From Eledone cirrhosa (lineage: Eukaryota): DNA of 64,000 nucleotides. The notes under the pieces are model-generated. The model did not search any database, was not told where the DNA came from, and worked only from the letters and a program-made list of their open reading frames with translations. The position numbers were made by a program, and so were the translations under genes. Within the stretch, counting starts at the first letter, position 1, and each line of letters starts with the position of its first letter. Location: NCBI GenBank assembly GCA_964016885.1, contig OZ024743.1, forward strand, positions 182,404,001 through 182,468,000. Reading direction: 5' to 3'. Positions 39,574 to 52,758 of this stretch are shown piece by piece.

Positions 39574-40140
39574 TACAACCTGTCCCATGGTCGGGTCGTT
39601 GGCGACTAAACTGGCAACCCCACCAAGGTTTCTTGGTGAGGAGGGTGACTTTGGACATCATGCAGGACTAAAAACAAAACCTGTCAAAAGGCAAAGGAGC
39701 TCTTAAGAGTCAATGGCCATCCAAAATCACCGGGAGAGATGACCCCTTAGCCTTTGTCAAGGCAGAATTCTAGGAGAAGGAAAACTCTGATATAACACCT
39801 GCAACCCTGATGGTATCCAATGATGTTGACTTGTTCGTCTTTTTGGTAAATATCATCTTGGTTAAGAGAGTGGGACTGGCTTTGTGCAGTGCCTTTGCTC
39901 ACTATAAAAGCTTCACGGCACAGGCATTGCTTTATATCTGGAGATCTCTCTGCATTTGTCGTCACATGGTACCATGGGCCCAGCACTATGTGTCAATAAT
40001 TGTCACAAGTGTAGTGTTTGTACCAGAGCTTTCAGGTCGCTGGCTGGACTAAAAAGTCACACTCGTTCAGCGCATCAGTAGGGGTTCTCCTACATGGATA
40101 TAAAGTAGTGGCCGTACTCGAAAACGAGTTGGCAGCCACC
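39574..40140 (+). mobile_element. Non-coding ~600-bp retroposon, copy 1 (5'-truncated)
   Basis: Highly similar to copies 2 and 3; fixed 3' end ttggcagccacc followed by ATATAT. Confidence 0.75.
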
Positions 40141-40787
40141 ATATATATGTATATGTGTATATATGTGTGTGTGTATGTATATATATATATGTATATATAT
40201 ATGTGTATGTATGTATATGTGTATATGTATATGTATGTGTATATGTATATATATGTATATATGTATATATATATGTATATATATATATGTATGTATATGT
40301 ATATATGTATGTATATATATATATGTATGTATATGTATGTATGTATATATATATATATGTATGTATATGTATGTGTGTATGTGTATGTATGTATATATAT
40401 ATGTATGTATATATATATATGTATGTATATATATGTGTGTATGTATATGTATATATGTATGTATATATATATATGTATGTATATGTATGTATGTATATAT
40501 ATATGTGTATGTATATGTGTATATGTATGTATATGTGTGTATGTATGTATATATGTATGTGTATGTATATGTATATATGTATGTATATGTATATATGTGT
40601 GTATATATATATATGTATATGTATGTATGTATGTATATATGTGTGTATATGTATATGTATGTATATATATATATGTATATATGTATGTATATGTATATAT
40701 GTATGTATGTATGTATATGTGTGTGTGTATATATGTGTGTATATATATATATGTATGTATGTGTATGTATGTATATATGTATATATG

Positions 40788-40834
<47 letters not shown>

Positions 40835-41182
40835 GTATGTGTGTATATATATATGTATATATGTGTATGTGTGTATATATATATGTATATATATGTATGT
40901 GTGTATATATGTATGTATGTATGTATATATATGTGTGTATATATATATGTATATATGTATGTATGTATGTGTGTATATATGTATGTATATATGTATGTAT
41001 ATATGTATGTATATATGTATATATATATGTATGTATATGTGTATGTATGTGTGTATCTGTATATGTATGTGTGTATATATGTGTATGTATATATGTATGT
41101 ATATATGTATGTGTGTATGTATATATGTATATATGTATGTATATATGTATATATGTATATATATATGTATATATGTATTTAT
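40141..41182. repeat. Strand-asymmetric T(A/G) alternating tract
   Basis: T alternates with A or G; C is almost absent on the + strand. Confidence 0.93.
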
Positions 41183-41790
41183 GTCAGGTCACCAGTTGGT
41201 GCTACTGGTAACATGTATCCCAGTACAACCTGTCCCATGGTCGGGTCGTTGGCGACTAAACTGGCAACCCCACCAAGGTTTCTTGGTGAGGAGGGTGACT
41301 TTGGACATCCTGCAGGACTAAAAACAAAACCTGTCAAAGGGCAAAGGAGCTCTTAAGAGTCAATGGCCATCCAAAATCACCGGGAGAGATGACCCCTTAG
41401 CCTTTGTCAAGGCAGAATTCTAGGAGAAGGAAAACTCTGATATAACACCTGCAACCCTGATGGTATCCAATGATGTTGACTTGTTCTTCTTTTTGGTAAA
41501 TATCATCTTGGTTAAGAGAGTGGGACTGGCTTTGTGCAGTGCCTTTGCTCACTATAAAAGCTTCACGGCACAGGCATTGCTTTATATCTGGAGATCTCTC
41601 TGCACTTGTCGTCACATGGTACCATGGGCCCAGCACTATGTGTCAGTAATTGTCACAAGTGTAGTGTTTGTACCAGAGTTTTCAAGTCGCTGGCTGGACT
41701 AAAAAGTCACACTCGTTCAGCGCATCGGTAGGGGTTCTCCTACATGGATATAAAGTAGTGGCTGTACTCGAAAACGAGTTGGCAGCCACC
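41183..41790 (+). mobile_element. Non-coding ~600-bp retroposon, copy 2 (longest)
   Basis: Starts gtcaggtcaccagttgg; same 3' end as copies 1 and 3. Confidence 0.75.
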
Positions 41791-41847
41791 ATATATGTAT
41801 GTATATATGTATGTATATGTATGTATATATGTATGTATATATGTATG

Positions 41848-41882
<35 letters not shown>

Positions 41883-42015
41883 GTATATATGTATGTATGT
41901 ATATGTGTATGTATGTGTGTATGTATGTATATATGTGTATGTATGTGTGTATATATATATATGTATCTATATATATATATATATATGTATATATATGTGT
42001 GTATATATATGTGTG

Positions 42016-42066
<51 letters not shown>

Positions 42067-42614
42067 GTGTGTATCTATATATATATATATGTGTGTAATT
42101 ATGTATATATATATATGTGTATGTATGTATATATGTGTGTATGTATATGTGTATATATGTATGTATGTATGTGTGTATGTATGTATGTATGTATATATAT
42201 ATATATGTGTGTATGTATGTGTATATGTGTATGTGTATGTGTATATATGTGTATATGTATATATATATATATATGTATATGTGTATGTATATATGTATAT
42301 ATATATGTGTATGTGTGTATATATGTATATGTATGTATGTATGTATGTATATATATATGTATATATGTATGTATGTATATATGTATGTATGTGTATGTAT
42401 ATGTATGTATATATATATATATGTATGTATATATATATATGTATGTATGTGTATATATATATGTATGTATATGTATATATATATATGTATGTATATATAT
42501 ATATATATGTGTATGTGTATATATATATAAACAATTAAGTTATTTATATATATATATGTGTGTGTATATGTATATATGTATGTGTGTGTGTGTATATGTA
42601 TATATATATATATG

Positions 42615-42651
<37 letters not shown>

Positions 42652-42824
42652 ATATATGTGTGTGTATGTATATATGTGTGTGTGTATGTGTGTATATATA
42701 TATATATATATATGTGTGTGTATATATGTGTGTATATATATATATGTGTGTATATATGTGTGTATATATATATATGTGTGTGTATATGTATGTATATATA
42801 TGTGTGTATATATATATATATATA

Positions 42825-42881
<57 letters not shown>

Positions 42882-43102
42882 GTGTATATATATATGTGTA
42901 TATATATATATATATGTGTGTGTGTGTATGTATATATATATATGTATATATATATATGTATATGTGTGTATATATGTATATATGTGTATATGTGTATATA
43001 TATATATGTGTGTATATATATATATATATATGTATGTGTATATATATGTGTGTATATATATATGTGTATATATATATGTGTGTGTGTGTGTATGTATGTG
43101 TA

Positions 43103-43139
<37 letters not shown>

Positions 43140-43327
43140 GTGTATGTGTATGTATATATATATGTGTGTGTATATATATATATATGTGTATATGTGTGTA
43201 TGTATATATATGTGTGTGTATGTATATGTGTGTATATATATATATATGTGTATGTGTATATATATGTATATATATGTGTGTGTATATATATATGTGTGTG
43301 TATATATATGTGTATATATATGTATGT
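41791..43327. repeat. Strand-asymmetric T(A/G) alternating tract
   Basis: Same composition as 40141-41182, with one short interruption near 42530. Confidence 0.93.
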
Positions 43328-43732
43328 ATGACCCCTTAGCCTTTGTAAAGGCAGAATTCTAGGAGAAGGATATAACACCTGATATAACACCTGCAACCCT
43401 GATGGTATCCAGTGATGTTGACTTGTTCTTCTTTTTGGTAAATATCATCTTGGTTAAGAGGGTGGGACTGGCTTTGTGCAGTGCCTTTGCTCACTATAAA
43501 AGCTTCATGGCACAGGCATTGCTTTATATCTGGAGATCTCTCTGCGCTTGTCGTCACATGGTGCCATGGGCCCAGCACTATGTGTCAATGATTGTCACAA
43601 GTGTAGTGTTTGTACCAGAGTTTTCAAGTCGTTGGCTGGACTAAGAAGTCACACTCGTTCAGCGCATCGGTGGGGGTTCTCCTACATGGATATAAAGTAG
43701 TGGCCGTACTTGAAAACGAGTTGGCAGCCACC
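43328..43732 (+). mobile_element. Non-coding retroposon, copy 3 (more 5'-truncated)
   Basis: Starts atgaccccttagcc; same 3' end. Confidence 0.75.
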
Positions 43733-43760
43733 ATATATATAATATATAATATATATATAT

Positions 43761-43803
<43 letters not shown>

Positions 43804-44425
43804 TATATATATATAATATATATATATATAATATATATATATATATATAATATATATATAATATATATATTATATATATATATATATAATATATATATAT
43901 ATTATATATATATATATATAATATATATATATAATATATATATATATATAATATATATATATATTATATATATATATAATATATATATATAATATATATA
44001 TATATATTATATATATATATATATAATATATATATATATATTATATATATATATATATAATATATATATATAATATATATATATATATTATATATATATA
44101 TATATAATATATATATATAATATATATATATATATTATATATATATATATATAATATATATATATAATATATATATATATATTATATATATATATATATA
44201 ATATATATATATAATATATATATATATATTATATATATATATATATAATATATATATATAATATATATATATATATTATATATATATATATATAATATAT
44301 ATATATAATATATATATATATATTATATATATATATATATAATATATATATATAATATATATATATAATATATATATATATATATTATATATAATATATA
44401 TATATAATATATATATATTATATAT

Positions 44426-44469
<44 letters not shown>

Positions 44470-45189
44470 ATATATTATATAATATATATATATAATATAT
44501 ATATATAATATATATATATATATAATATATATTATATATATATTATATATAATATATATATAATATATATATATAATATATATATATATATTATATATAT
44601 ATAATATATATATATTATATATAATATATATATAATATATATATATATATTATATATATATTATATAATATATATATATATTATATATATATTATATAAT
44701 ATATATATATATATTATATATATATTATATATATATTATATAATATATATATATATTATATATATATTATATATATATTATATATATTATATATATATTA
44801 TATATAATATATATATATAATATATATAATATATATATATAATATATATATATATATTATATATATATTATATAATATATATATATATTATATATAATAT
44901 ATAATATATATATATAATATATATATATATATTATATATATATTATATAATATATATATATATTATATATAATATATAATATATATATATAATATATATA
45001 TATTATATATATATTATATAATATATATATACATTATATATATATTATATATAATATATATATATTATATATATATTATATAATATATATATATACATTA
45101 TATATATATTATATATAATATATATATATTATATATATATTATATAATATATATATACATTATATATATATTATATATAACATATATAT

Positions 45190-45220
<31 letters not shown>

Positions 45221-45221
45221 A
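43733..45221. repeat. ~1.5-kb interrupted (TA)n tract
   Basis: Nearly pure A/T. Confidence 0.95.
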
Positions 45222-45332
45222 TAGTAATAATAATAAAATTGAAGACTAAAATCCAAAGAGGCCTCGATAAGGAAAATATATATCAAATATATAAGAACCG
45301 TAGAGTAAATATTTATTAAAATAACAGATTAA

Positions 45333-45382
45333 AGTTTAAGCAAAGAATCGCTGCTTTCACCCCAATGGGATCTTCTGAAACT
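45333..45382 (-). ncRNA. Type I hammerhead-like motif, CAGAAGA core (second copy 49437-49487 plus)
   Basis: AGTTT-CAGAAGA-T CCC attg GGG T-GAAA-GCAG cgattct TTGC-TT-AAACT. Confidence 0.62.
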
Positions 45383-46151
45383 AACAAAGTCAATCTGTAA
45401 ACGCAGAACTGAATATTTCAAAAAACGTTGCAACCGGAGGAAGACAGGAAGACGATACTTTGGTTCGTGGAAACGTTCGCTGGCAAAGAACGGGGAAAAA
45501 CGAATAATACGTCATTAATAGGAGCGGTAAAAAACAATTACGCGTAAAGACAGAACCACGTTTATGGTATAAAAGAGGTCGTAGACTAATGTTCTCTTAG
45601 GTGGTGCATAGAGACGTTCTCTGGCAATGAACGAAAAAACGAAGATAATAAGTCATATGTGGAGCGTGGAGAACAATAGCACGCAAAGACAAAACCACGT
45701 AAATGGTATAGCAGAAGTTGTAGACTAAAATTCTAACTGGGAGACCAAATGAATCTCCGCTACAGAGTTAAGAACAAAGTAAATAAATACAATACAGAAG
45801 TAATAGAAACAAATCAATGCATACACGCAAACAGATACGTACATACACAAGCATACGCAAAACCTTACCATGGGTATACAAAACCACGCACATATAAATA
45901 TGTGTGTGTGTGTATGCTTGTGTACAAATAAATAAATAATTATATAAACGTATATAAGTAAATAAATACGTATATAACAAGCGCACACACATACCTACAA
46001 ATAAATACACGAATGTTCGGAGACGTAAGTCAACTAAAACAAGAAGTACACATATACACACACCCACCATACGTACGAACCTGCATACTCACGCAGACGC
46101 AAATCTCCCGTATACACATAGCCAAGCCCTAAATATCAGAATATGTAAAAA

Positions 46152-48172
46152 TTATACACCATAACAGTCGAGTATTTCCAGGGCCTCAGCGGCGCAGAGG
46201 TCACATGGTCTTTTATTTCCGTTATACGATCTAGACCTAGCTAGGATCTCCCAGTGTAACTTATATTGGGTGTGGTTGTCTTTTAGACTCCAGATATAAG
46301 CTGAAAGTGACGTCATATTCCTTCTTAGAGGGTAACGAAAAGAATGGGTATGCATGTAAAGACGCTGCTTGAATCTATTGGCGGTTAACCCTATGTAGGC
46401 CCTACGGGACGTGGGTGTTACAACCTTACATTTGTAGACAATGTTACTAGAGAGGCATTTCCCGGATAGGGGGCAATCAGCCCGATTCCTACAATTACAG
46501 TTAGTACTAAGTACAGGGTTGCACGTGTTCCTACGGCTAGGTAGTTTAGCTAAATTTGAAGCTGTGATGTTATGTGCAAGGTTAGGAGTCGTAGAGTAAG
46601 AAATTTTAATAGTATTTCTATTAAAAATTTTACTATATTTATGTGTAGGGGGGGAAATGCTTCGTAATAAGGGAAAGAAAGATCTTAGCTAATGGTGTGG
46701 CCACCTCCATATTATATGGTGGGTTAAACCAACAAATGCGACGGGATCTATTTCTTCTAGGTCTATTTTCGTACTCTGTATATGCTACCTTATCGACAAA
46801 TCCACTTCGAGCAAGAGCTTCATTGTAATAAGTGGAATGGTCGTTGAAAATGCGCTCGTTGGTGGAAAGACGGGAAAGCCTCAACGAAACGTTTCTTACC
46901 AGGTTCTTGGTTATGCTGGCAGGATGGTTGGAATGCTTACTTATGTAATTAAGCGTATCATTCGGCTTTCTATACGGGTAATACAACCCATTCAATAAAT
47001 TGAGGGTAACGTCGAGGTAATTAACAACCGAGAGATTGGCCTCAACCTGTATAGAGAGGTTGAAGCCTTTAAAGAAGGCTGTGAGTTCTTTTCTGAACCT
47101 GTCGCAAGCACGAGGTCCGCACTTAGTCATGGTCAAAAGACCATCGTCACGGTACAAACCACCGCCCGCGTTGGGGAATTCGTCCTTGATAGAGAAAAGA
47201 AGGAAAAGGCCAATAAGATCAGTAACCTCCGCAGAGTCACTGGCGCCCATACTCACGCCCATACTCACGTCGAATAGAGTCGTTGAAATTAATCACCGAC
47301 TTTCGGACATTAAGGATGACATCAACTTCAAAATCCTTAACCACTGTGAGTGTTTTAGCGAAATTGATAGCTCTAAGGAGAAGTGGTAAAGTGATGGAGG
47401 AGTAGTAATTGTTGATGTCGAATTGGATAAAACGGCAATGTTCCTTGTTACATATGCCGTTGAACCAATCAATCACCGCGAAAGAATTGTTCCACAGTGC
47501 GAGAGGGGCCAAACTTCTAATTTCAGGTATAATTCTATCAAGAATCGTTTTACTAAGTCTACCTAAATCGGACTTCGTAGGGTTAATAAGCCGATAAGAG
47601 GGGTTGTTCGGAAAATTGGATTTGTGATCCTTCAGGGTAAAGTGGGGAGAGATAGGGTCCAGAGGTTCGGTCCGGTCCAGGATGTTGAGATCAGATGTGA
47701 TTTTAAACCCAGCATCGTTGATTTCATTGATGACGCACCGATTAGTTTTACGGTAATCCTTAGTTACAGCATTATGTAGTAGTTGATGGTAAGTACTGCG
47801 CTCCACTTGATATAGGTTGCCAGTTTTGTCGGAATGGACGTGCACGGCGTTAGAATCCTTAATAGAACGAATTCTATTCTTCAGGTCTTGCTGGAAGGAA
47901 TTGCTCCTATTCCGAAATTTGATATTCCGAATGAGTTCCAAGACATCATTTTCGAAGGGTAGCAATGCTGGGTTCCACGGAGGGTTATTATAAGTTTTAA
48001 ATCCAAATTTATCCTGTTTGTTGTCTGCTTTTCGCGGATTATCGAAATAAAAGGCACGCCAACGCAACCTTTTAATGAACGCGTCTGTTTTCTGTATCAG
48101 GAGTTTTAGGTATGTTTTCCTGCTTGGTACGGGTATGTTCTTTGTAAAAATATTCAGATGTTGTTTCTGCAT
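46152..48172 (-). pseudogene. PLE RT plus GIY-YIG endonuclease polyprotein, two frameshifts
   Basis: KNIPVPS..FIKRLRWRA, FIQFDINNYY, MGASDSAEV, GLYRDDGL, WFNPPY, CNCRNRADCPLSGKCLSSNIVY..AYIGLTANRFKQR..LSAYIWSLK..CDLC. Confidence 0.92.
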
Positions 48173-48213
48173 GATGAATATAAGTCAGTAGAGTGCTCAA
48201 CCGAAGGAGCCAA

Positions 48214-48510
48214 ATGCATACCCATTCTTTTCGTTACCCTCTAAGAAGGAATATGACGTCACTTTCAGCTTATATCTGGAGTCTAAAAGACAACCACACC
48301 CAATATAAGTTACACTGGGAGATCCTAGCTAGGGCTAGATCGTATAACGGAAATAAAAGACCATGTGACCTCTGCGCCGCTGAGGCCCTGGAAATACTCT
48401 ACGCTACAGACCACATCTTAAACAAAAAATCTGAGGCAATTTCGGCTTGTAAACATAAATTGCACAAAACTTTCCTGTATTACAGCCCCACGTTATACCC
48501 TAACGGATAG
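48214..48510 (+). pseudogene. GIY-YIG C-terminal part within the inverted pLTR
   Basis: MHTHSF..LSAYIWSLK..CDLCAAE..LNKKSEAISACKH; retains ~250 bp that is deleted in the minus-strand copy. Confidence 0.85.
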
Positions 48511-49599
48511 CACGATCTATACGTGGATATTTTACGTCTTGATGTGGGAGCTAAGTATATGTTTTGTTTATTCCTTTACTTATTTGCATAGGTAAGTATA
48601 TATTACCCGTATGTTTTGTGAAGGTATGTATACCTTCTCGTACGTATATTTGACTGTTATAGCGTATAATTTTTACATATTTTGGTATTTAGGGTTTGGC
48701 TATGTGTATACGGGAGTTTTGCGTCCGCATGAGTTTGCAGGTTCGTACGTATGGTGGGTGTGTGTATATGTGTACTTCTTGTTTTAGTTGACTTACGTCT
48801 CCGAACATTCGTGTATTTATATGTAGGTATGCGTGTGCGCTTGTTATATACGTATTTATTTACTTATATACGTTTATATAATTATTTATTTATTTGTACA
48901 CAAGCATACACACACACACATATTTATATGTGCGTGGTTTTGTATACCCATGGTAAGGTTTTGCGTATGCGTGTATGTACGTATCTGTTTGCGTGTATGT
49001 ATTTATTTGTTTCTATTACTTCTGTACTGTATTTATTTACTTTGTTCTTAACTCTGTAGCGGAGATTCATTTGGTCTCCTAGTTAGAATTTTAGTCTACG
49101 ATTTCTGCTATACCATTTACGTGGTTTTGTCTTTGCGTGCTATTGTTCTCCACGCTCCACATATGACTTATGATCTTCGTTTTTTCGTTCATTGCCAGAG
49201 AACGTCTCTATGCACCACCTAAGAGAACATTAGTCTACGACCTCTTTTATACCATAAACGTGGTTCTGTCTTTGCGCGTAATTGTTTTTCACCGCTCCTA
49301 TTAATGATGTATTATTCGTTTTTTCCCGTTCTTTGCCAGCGAACGTTACCACGAACCAAAGTATCGTCTTCCTGTCTTCCTCCGGTTGCAACGTTTTTTG
49401 AAATATCCAGTTCTGCGTTTACAGATTGACTTTGTTAGTTTCAGAAGATCCCGTTAAGGGTGAAAGCAGCGATTCTTTGCTTACACTGTAATCAGTTATT
49501 TTAATAAATATTTGCTCTACGGTTCTTATATATTTGATATATATTTTCCTTATCGAGCCCTCTTTGGATTTTAGTCTTCAATTTTATTATTAATACTAT

Positions 49600-49631
<32 letters not shown>

Positions 49632-49745
49632 TATATATATATATATATTATACATGTAAAGTTATATTTAAAATTGTTGGGTTACAACTAGTAAATATTT
49701 ATAACTGATATAAAAGCACTCGACAAATATTTGGAGTATATTTAC

Positions 49746-52076
49746 AATATTAAATAAATGGAAAACTATATTTATAAAACCATATTTATTTCATTATATA
49801 TATTTCGGGGATATCATATTAACAATATGCTATGCCTTCATCAGACAAAATACAATATAAACAGTTTTATAGATAAATATATTCGACATACCGTAATAAA
49901 CATCAACTTCATTTGAAGAGGTTTACTCTAGCAGTGAAAATACAGAGAGAGAGAAAAGAGGGAAATAGGAAAGAGAGAAAGACAAAACGAAGAAAAGGAA
50001 GAAAAAGAAGAAAAAGAAAAAGAAGAAATGCATGGGACAAAATAGAGAGATGGAAAAATAGATAAAGCGAAGAGCTTCATGTAAAGAGATAGAAAGATAT
50101 ATATATATATAGAGAGAGAGGAAATAGAGATAGATACATATATATATATAGAAAATTAGGTAGTGGGAGGTCATTTTGAGTAAGTGTATCAATGATGCAT
50201 TTATTTATTTATTTATCTATTTATTTATTTATTTATTTATTTAGCTCAAGTATTAATGTAAGGGAGATATATAGAGAGATATAGAGAGATATAGAGAGAG
50301 AGAGAGAAAAAAAATTTAAAAATAGCCAGACATATTCGAGGCGTAGAAAACCCTATGTTTTAATGTATTAGTATTTATAAAACTTACACTATATTGTAAA
50401 TATCAGTATTCCTGAATGAAACAAGTATTCACAATGCGTGAAAATTCATTATCTTATGTTTAGTTTTTAAAAAATTCATATGTCTATGTGACAGCTACAA
50501 AACATCAATGTGAATCCAACTGATTCACTCCGCAAATTCTAAGTTACCGGAAAACATTCTCAATGTGGTATAAAAATTTGAGCGTATTATTATTCTTGCG
50601 ATTACTCTACAAGATTATCTATCAAGCAGAAATAGAGAGCAGATTTCAATATACTAATCGAAAATATATATTATATTATAAACAAAGATAACAATAATAA
50701 TGATAATAAGTAAAAATATATAAAAATATAGAATAGAAAACTAAAAAAAAAAAAAAAAAAAAAAATATTACGAAAGAATATTACATAATAAAAATATTGC
50801 ATATTAAAAATACTACGTATTAAAAATATTACGTATTAAAAATTTACATATAAAAATATTAAAAAAATAAAAATTTACATATAAAAATATTAAAAATAAA
50901 AATAAAATAAAATAAAAAATAAAAATATTATAGAATACTACAATACTAAAAGAATAAAAATAAAAATAAAAATAAAAATAAACCACAAAGAACAACCCTT
51001 CAAAGTTAATTGACAATATATTGCCAAGTTCATTACAAGACAAAGCCAAAAATTATCTATCAAATCACATCTAGCAAGGAATATCGCAAAAAAGATTATG
51101 ATGTCCAATAATGTCTACATATGTTCCAATATTTAATCTATAAGTTTATCTAGTGTAAGGTTAATTCAAAAAATTTGGAGCATCGGCTTTTAGGGTAGCT
51201 TAATTTTTCATGAGGAATGTTTAGATAAAAATAAAAATAAAAATAAAAATAAAAATAAAAATAAAAATAAAAATAAATAAAATAAAATAAACAATAAAAA
51301 GAGTAAAAAAGAGTAAAAAGAGGGAATCAAAGATTTAGGAATCAAAAGATTTATCGGCTAGTTCTCATATAAATATAAATCAAACTAAATATACTACATT
51401 TTAAATTTAAATTTATATTTAAACGTTGAGTTTAATCTATGTTTGCAACAACTGAATAAATTTGTCCGTAGGTTAAGGGAATTTTTAGATTTTAGTATAA
51501 AGAATATCTCCTCTGCGCAGAGGTCACATGTCTCAGAGGATGAATTAAAAGGAATCCCTCTTGAGACTATATTCCAAGCCGTCGAATATCTAACGTTATC
51601 TAGCTTAAGTTGCCAGAGTACCCCTGATAGTGCCGTTGAAGATTTTTTATTTGGATCTGTATATATATGTATCTATCTCTATTTCCTCTCTCTCTATATA
51701 TATATATATATCTCTTTCTATCTCTTTACATGAAGCTCTTCGCTTTATCTATTTTTCCATCTCTCTATTTTGGCCCATGCATTTCTTCTTTTTCTTTTTC
51801 TTCTTTTTCTTCCTTTTCTTCGTTTTGTCTTTCTCTCTTTCCTATTTCCCTCTTTTCTCTCTCTCTTTCTTTCTCTCTGTATTTTCACTGCTAGAGTAAA
51901 CCTCTTCAAATGAAGTTGATGTTTATTACGGTATGTCGAATATATTTATCTATAAAACTGTTTATATTGTATTTTGTCTGATGAAGGCATAGCATATTGT
52001 TAATATGATATCCCCGAAATATATATAATGAAATAAATATGGTTTTATAAATATAGTTTTCCATTTATTTAATATT
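49746..52076 (-). mobile_element. Penelope-like element PLE-3 3' remnant with inverted pLTR
   Basis: 49746-50147 is inverted to 51661-52076. Minus strand 51620-51420 reads LWQLKLDNVRYSTAWNIVSRGIPFN..CDLCAEEIFFIL..LNLRTNLFSCCKHR, a GIY-YIG C-terminus. Confidence 0.85.
51971..52034 (+). ncRNA. Type I hammerhead ribozyme (mirror copy 49788-49851 minus)
   Basis: ATTTTGT-CTGATGA-AGG..CATATT/AATATG..CCC-GAAA-TATATA-TA-ATGAAAT; stem III is the palindrome ATATATAT. Confidence 0.75.
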
Positions 52077-52097
52077 ATATATATTATATATATATAT

Positions 52098-52128
<31 letters not shown>

Positions 52129-52758
52129 ATATATATATATTATATATATATATATTATATATATATTATATATATATTATATATATTATATTTATATATA
52201 TTATATTTATATATATTATATTTATATATATTATATTTATATATATTATATATATTATATTTATATATATTATATTTATATTATATTTATATATATTATA
52301 TATATATATATTATATATATATATATATATTATATATATTATATTTATATATATATATATTATATATATTATATTTATATATATATATATTATATATATA
52401 TATTATATTTATATATATATATATTATATATATATTATATATATATATTATATATATATTATATATATATATTATATATATATTATATATATATATTATA
52501 TATATTATATATATATATTATATATATTATATATATATATTATATAATATATTATATATATTATATACATTATATATATATATATTATATATATATATAT
52601 ATATTATATATATTATATATATATATTATATATATATATTATATATATTATATATATATATATATTTTATATATATTATATATATATATATATATATTTT
52701 ATATATATTATATATATATATATATATATTTTATATATATTATATATATTATATATAT
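52077..52758. repeat. Interrupted (TA)n tract
   Basis: Nearly pure A/T. Confidence 0.95.

Larger units (their letters stand above)
45222..49600 (-). mobile_element. Penelope-like element PLE-2 (Naiad-like), near complete, with inverted 5' pLTR
   Basis: 45222-46356 and 48214-49600 are inverted copies; the ORF lies between them and overlaps the left copy; both flanks are (TA)n. Confidence 0.93.

Noticed and set aside
35868-43816. Long Y/I/M/V/C-rich ORFs (up to 564 aa)
   Set aside because: Translations of TA/TG microsatellite; the same applies to ORFs at 17776-19992, 28105, 28999 and 56680-57269.
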